From the NCBI RefSeq assembly GCF_009914755.1, contig NC_060941.1: 64,000 nucleotides of DNA; one strand, 5' to 3'. The DNA is from the human T2T-CHM13v2.0 reference genome, Homo sapiens. A program made the position numbers and the translations under genes. The notes under the pieces were generated by a model. It saw only the letters and a program-made list of their open reading frames with translations, searched no databases and was not told where the DNA came from. Of this stretch, positions 60,363 to 64,000 are shown piece by piece; within the stretch, counting starts at the first letter, position 1; every line of letters starts with the position of its first letter.

Positions 60363-61204
60363 TTACACAGGGCACTGAAAGCTGAGTAGGATAAATGTAA
60401 TACTAACTTTCAAAGAATAATCAAGAATCAAGAAAAAGTAACAAGTGACTGGAAGTTTCTAAATTGCTATCCAAGAAAAATATCCATCAAATAGTCTAGT
60501 TTTGGGCCACTGTTTTGAGAAATATCCCTGACAATATAGGTAACCTCATAAACAGAAGTTGCTGTAGGGTAGAATAGCTCAGAAAGCAGAACACTCATAA
60601 TTACAAAAATACTTCAGAAATGGCATAGCTCTATATAGCAATTAGCAATCATGTGAAAGTGGGAAACATTGATATAAGAATTTATGAATGAGAAAACAGG
60701 AATAGAAACAGAGACGGTGTCATGAAATTCAAACAGATGCCAAAATACAGCTCTTGGCAGAAAAAGGTTTGGATTCGTGGTCCTAGTAAGAGTCCTCTTT
60801 TTTCCTGGATGAAGGCTGGAGGTATAGCATAAGGGAAGTAATGAGAATAGTTTCTTTGTCTCTATACCTAACCTTTTCATACTATCAACAAAATACTTGG
60901 GCAATGAGTGGCATGGGTTACACTAAAAAGAAAGTTCTCAGGGCTTTCTGCTTCCCTTCTACATTCAGAGATCTTAGTTGGGCTGGTAGCACATGAGTTC
61001 TGCTGAACCTCATTACTAGGTTTGTATAGTACAAGCATGGCTGACCTTCTTTATTGTTTAATTTAATTTTTAATTTTCATTTACTTATTTTTTAGAGATG
61101 AGGTGTTGTTCTGTCATCCAGGCTGGAAGTGAAGTGGTACAATCATGGCTCACTGCAGCCTCGACTTCCTGGGCTCAAGCGATCCTCCCACCTCAGCCTT
61201 CTGA

Positions 61205-61387
<183 letters not shown>

Positions 61388-61950
61388 TGACCCTCTTTTT
61401 AAAGTCTTCTTGATTTACTTCAAAGAAACATGTCTGCCTTCTACTTCTATAATTTCCACTTAACACACTAACTGAGATAACAAAAATAGGAAACATCCCA
61501 GTCCGTCACTCTGTAGTCAAAGAAAAACTTGTCATAGTTAAGAGACTAGGAAAAAGCTGTTGTAATAGTTAAGCCACACACCTATTCACAATGCCTATTC
61601 TCCAAATGCTAGGCAGTTAGGCAGCATGATGATATTTACTACAAACTAGGTAATGTCATTCATAGGACTTATTCTTAGATAAAATAACATGTTAAATATA
61701 AAACTAAAACTCTTTGCCCACCCATCCAATAGGAGTACTCACTGTATGAGAGCCATCAAAGACGTATCATAAACATTTACAGTGTAACACGCTAAGTGCT
61801 ATAATGAAAGCAGAGAGGAAGAAGTGACTAAATCTGCTTTAAAAAAGGGAAGTCAAGGCTGGACACAGTGGCTCACACCTGTAATCTCAGTACTTTGGGA
61901 GGCCAAGGTGGGCAGATCACGAGATCAGGAGATCGAGACCAACCTGGCTA

Positions 61951-62214
<264 letters not shown>

Positions 62215-62575
62215 TCATGTGGTCAAGAGATGGAGACCACTCTGGCCAACATGGTGCAACCCCGCATCTACTAAAAATACTAAAATTAGCCAGGCGAGGT
62301 GGCACCCGCCTGTAGTCCCAGCTACTCGGAAGGCTGAGGCAGGAGAATCACTTGAACCTGGTAGGCAGGGGTTGCGGTGAGCGAGATTGCGCCACTGCAC
62401 TCCAGCTTGAGCAACAGAGGGAGATTCTGTCTCAAAAACAAAACAAAACAAAACACACACACACACAAAAAAAACAGAAGTTGGGCCAGGCACGGTGGCT
62501 CATGCCTGTAATCCTAGCACTTTGGGAGGCCGAGGCAGGTGGACCACCTGAGGTCAGGAGTTCGAGACCAGCCTA

Positions 62576-62764
<189 letters not shown>

Positions 62765-62802
62765 TCAAAAAAACAAAAAAACAAACAAACAAAAAAGAAG
62801 TC

Positions 62803-62893
62803 GACAGGTGCACCGAAATCTCGGAAATCACCACTAAAGAACTTATCCATGTAACCAAAAACTACCTGTTCCCCAAAAAATATTGAAATAAAA
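62803..62893 (+). mobile_element. Heavily 5'-truncated L1PB-like 3' end
   Basis: GGTGCACCGAAATCTCGGAAATCACCACTAAAGAACTTATCCATGTAACCAAA..ATTGAAATAAA. Confidence 0.8.
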
Positions 62894-62894
62894 T

Positions 62895-62957
62895 TATATA
62901 TATATAATTATAATATATATGTGTATATCTACTTATTATATGTATATATATACACTT

Positions 62958-63000
<43 letters not shown>

Positions 63001-63012
63001 CACACACACACT
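62895..63012. repeat. TA-rich low complexity with (TA)17 and short (CA)n
   Basis: Read directly. Confidence 0.9.
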
Positions 63013-63173
63013 TTCTTTTTTTTGATATGGAGTCTCGCTCTGTGACCCAGGCTGGAGTGCAGTGGCATGATCTTGGCTCCCTGCAACCTCTGCCTACCAG
63101 ATTCAAGCAATTCTCCCTGCCTCAGCCTCACGAGTGGCTGGGATTACAGGCACCCACCACCATGCCCAGCTAA

Positions 63174-63287
<114 letters not shown>

Positions 63288-63633
63288 TGAGCCACCGTGC
63301 CCGGCCATATATACTATTTTTTTAAAAAAGAGAGAAGTCATTTTAGCTTACTCTAAAAGGAATGGTTTGCCTAAAACCTTTACTGAGATAAAGACATTCC
63401 AGGCAGAGGTCACAGCACATGCAAACGTCTAAAGATCATGGCATGCCCAGGTAACTACAATTCACCATTAAATTTTGAGTCGATGTAAAGGTAAACTATA
63501 AACTAAAGAATAAGTTGAGAATCTCTCTGATTCACAAAGCGAGTAAAAAAGACAAGTAAGATTCCACTTGGCCAGGTGCGGTGGCTCAAGCCTGTAATCC
63601 CAGCATTTTTGGGAGGCCGAGGCAAGCAGATCA

Positions 63634-63846
<213 letters not shown>

Positions 63847-64000
63847 TTACATTCATCCATCTTTTCAAAACACAACTTGAGCCCCTATTGTTTTAAATAT
63901 TCCAAGGTACTGGGAAATGTAGTAAGTTACAAGAGAGCCCTATGTTCTATTGATTGAAATTTAACAGAAGATGAAAGGTCTTAATCATGGGTAATTACAT

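Overview
Primate (very likely human) genomic DNA lying entirely inside the 5' half of SPAG9 (JIP4/JLP, a JNK/p38 scaffold and kinesin-1/dynein adaptor), transcribed on the minus strand. Five canonical GT-AG coding exons splice into one open frame that matches my recollection of the JIP4 N-terminal region: 52929-53049, 29683-29753, 20648-20742, 14774-14924 and a 42-nt cassette at 4924-4965. Exon numbers 2-6 are from memory; exon 1 lies beyond the right edge. An internal alternative first exon (CDS 19773-19933), absent from the ORF track, encodes a hydrophobic 53-aa N-terminus that splices in frame to the JNK-docking exon. It carries an overlapping uORF and a nearby palindromic CRE. The rest is intron: about 65-70 Alu elements or monomers by manual count (many nested or inverted), a full-length Tigger3b-type DNA transposon, MaLR LTRs, old L1/L2/MIR fragments and microsatellites. 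Nearly all ORF-track entries are Alu or low-complexity artefacts. I see no new multi-gene system. The best leads are the membrane-anchor/uORF isoform module, two strong candidate poison exons (41210-41290 and 15073-15131) in Alu-depleted zones, and several small mutational fossils (TSD-flanked micro-retroinsertions, a 37-bp dispersed copy, an Alu-plus-flank duplication, serial reuse of one insertion site). Repeat subfamilies and boundaries were judged by eye and are approximate.
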